Notes under the pieces: model-generated | Seen by the model: only the letters and a program-made list of their open reading frames with translations | Told to the model about the DNA's origin: nothing | The model's database searches: none | Shown here: in pieces, positions 62,170 to 64,000 of the stretch | How the letters are laid out: each line of letters starts with the position of its first letter | Numbering within the stretch: the first letter of the stretch is position 1 | Source of the DNA: Ginglymostoma cirratum | Taxonomy: Eukaryota | Length of the DNA stretch: 64,000 nucleotides | Assembly: GCA_024137785.1 (NCBI GenBank) | Contig: JAHRHZ010000267.1 | Location: 19,055,664-19,119,663 of the forward strand | Direction: 5' to 3' | Made by a program: the position numbers and the translations under genes

Positions 62170-62975
62170 TTATAATACAATGTGGATAAATGTGAAGTTG
62201 TCTACTAAAGTAGGAAAAACAAGATGGCACAGTATTGTTTAAATGGAGATAGATTTGGAAAGGTTGATGTACAAAGAGATCTGTGTGTCCTTGTACACCA
62301 GTCACTGAAAACAAGTATATAGAAGTAGAAACATTTAGAAGGCAAATGGTATGGTTGGCCTTAACTGCAAGATGTTTGAGTATAGGAACAAGGAAATCTC
62401 AGTGCAGCTCTACCAGGCCTTGGTGAGACAATACCTGGAGTATTATATGTAGTTTTAGTCTCCTTGCCTAAGAAAAGAAAGACACTTGCCATTTGAGGAA
62501 GAGCAGAGAAGATTCAGTTGAATGACTCCTGGGTTGTTTGGCTTGTTATGTGAGGAGATATTGGGTTGAGTGGGCCGGTATTCATTGGAATTTTAAAGAA
62601 AAAGTGGAGTCTGGTTGAATGATATAAAATTATTGGCAGAGCTGGACAGAACTGCCCCATCTCCCACTCCCGCCAATGGCTGGGGTGCCCAGAATGAGAG
62701 ATCATAGTCACAAGATACCTGATTAATGATTTTGGACAGAGATGAGGAAAATTTCTTTACTCAAACAGTAGTGAACTTGTGGAATTCTCTACCGCAGAAG
62801 GCTGTGAAGACCAGTCACTGAATATACTTAAGAAAGAAAAAGATACATTTCTAGAAGGTAAAGGTGTAATGGGATATGAGGAGAGAGCAGGAGTATAACA
62901 TTGAAATAAAGAATCACCTATGACCCTGTAGGATAGCAAAGTGTGCTTGAAGGGCTGCATGGCCTACTCCCATTT
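62170..62975 (+). mobile_element. CR1 LINE 3' fragment
   Basis: aatgtggataaatgtgaagtt...gccttggtgagacaatacctggagta...tggaattctctaccgcagaaggctgtg...ggcctactcc. Confidence 0.85.
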
Positions 62976-64000
62976 TTCTTTTCGTCTGGGGATTTCAAGT
63001 TGCTGTGGCAACGGAGACATTTATGTATGTGTTGTAGTCAAGGGAGGCTACTCACTGTACCACAAGGCTTCCTACAAATGTGGAAACTCAGAATGGAACA
63101 GAACTGTGACAACACGAAATAAAGCTTTTTAGACAAGAAGTCTAACATATCTAAAATAATTCAAAAACTGGTAAGAAAGTGCAGGACAATGATATAGCAA
63201 CAAGTGCATCTCTGGACAGACAAAAATGATCTAAACATACATAAGGAGATGGACCACACTAAAACTATATAATCAAGAATGAAAAACAAAAAACATTGAA
63301 GGGACTAGATCTTATATTCTCTTAACTTTTTTGAGTTATTATTTGTACTCTTCAGTCTGATAGTAGGTACAGTAAGATGCTTGAAATAAATACAATAAAA
63401 TTACACCATTTTGTGTACATTGTCATACAAGGGGAAAAGTTATTAGACTGTCAATATCTTTTCTGAGTCACTCCCCCCCCCTTTGAAACAATAAAACAAT
63501 AATAGTTTGATTTTCTACAGTTGGTCTGGTGATTGTCAATTGAAGCAACTCAAGAGAAAACATTGTTCACCTAGATAATGTGGTTCCAAAGAAGTTTGAA
63601 GGACAGAGATTACAGGAGCTTTTAGAACAGAAAGGAAACAAAAGGATAAAAGATCAATACGGAAGGCAACGACTAGATAAAACTTAGTGTGTCATCGAAA
63701 TTGACTGAACTGTTCACCTTTCCAGCTAATGTACGATACATGAAAGAGGTGTCTTTGGTGAATTGAAAAACAAAATTACGTGAAAATTCACCTTGGACTG
63801 TGAGCTCTGCCAGGACAACACTTGGAAATTAAATATAACTTTTGCAGTATCACATAAAATTTAGTTAATGCTAAGATATTGTAATCATATTTGTTATTGT
63901 GCTAATTAAGATTTTTGATCCTGTTTATTTAATCCAAAAGGCTAATTCCACAAGTCCAGCACCCACTGTGGAAGCTTAGTTCAAAAGGGGCACAGATTGA

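Noticed and set aside
63105-63485. Possible minus-strand LTR (tgtgac...gtcact) with an adjacent polypurine tract
   Set aside because: No polyadenylation signal on that strand and no recognisable internal coding sequence before the window ends.

Overview
Vertebrate (cartilaginous fish, probably a carpet shark) non-coding DNA made mostly of decayed, often nested transposable elements. The taxon is inferred from HE1 V-SINEs, HER1/CR1 LINEs, DeuSINE-type SINEs and shark-type Penelope termini. No host protein-coding gene, rRNA, tRNA or CRISPR array is recognisable; the ORFs that translate to something meaningful are TE relics. Main contents: (1) a near-complete minus-strand Gmr1-like Gypsy LTR retrotransposon (5548-11816) with two ~1 kb LTRs, PBS, PPT, the INT-RT-RNaseH order and a SCAN-like gag; (2) several Penelope-like (PLE) relics and short fold-back derivatives carrying minimal hammerhead-ribozyme cores; (3) CR1, L2, Rex1/Babar and RTE LINE fragments; (4) Harbinger transposase and Myb/SANT relics; (5) two non-coding elements with a Rex1-type tail. 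The most unusual structure is at 9461-9985: a PLE-derived insertion removed part of gag/protease, and the SCAN-encoding gag segment now lies inverted between two tandem hammerhead-containing repeats 283 nt apart. All family names come from reading motifs by eye; no database search was run, and many boundaries are approximate.
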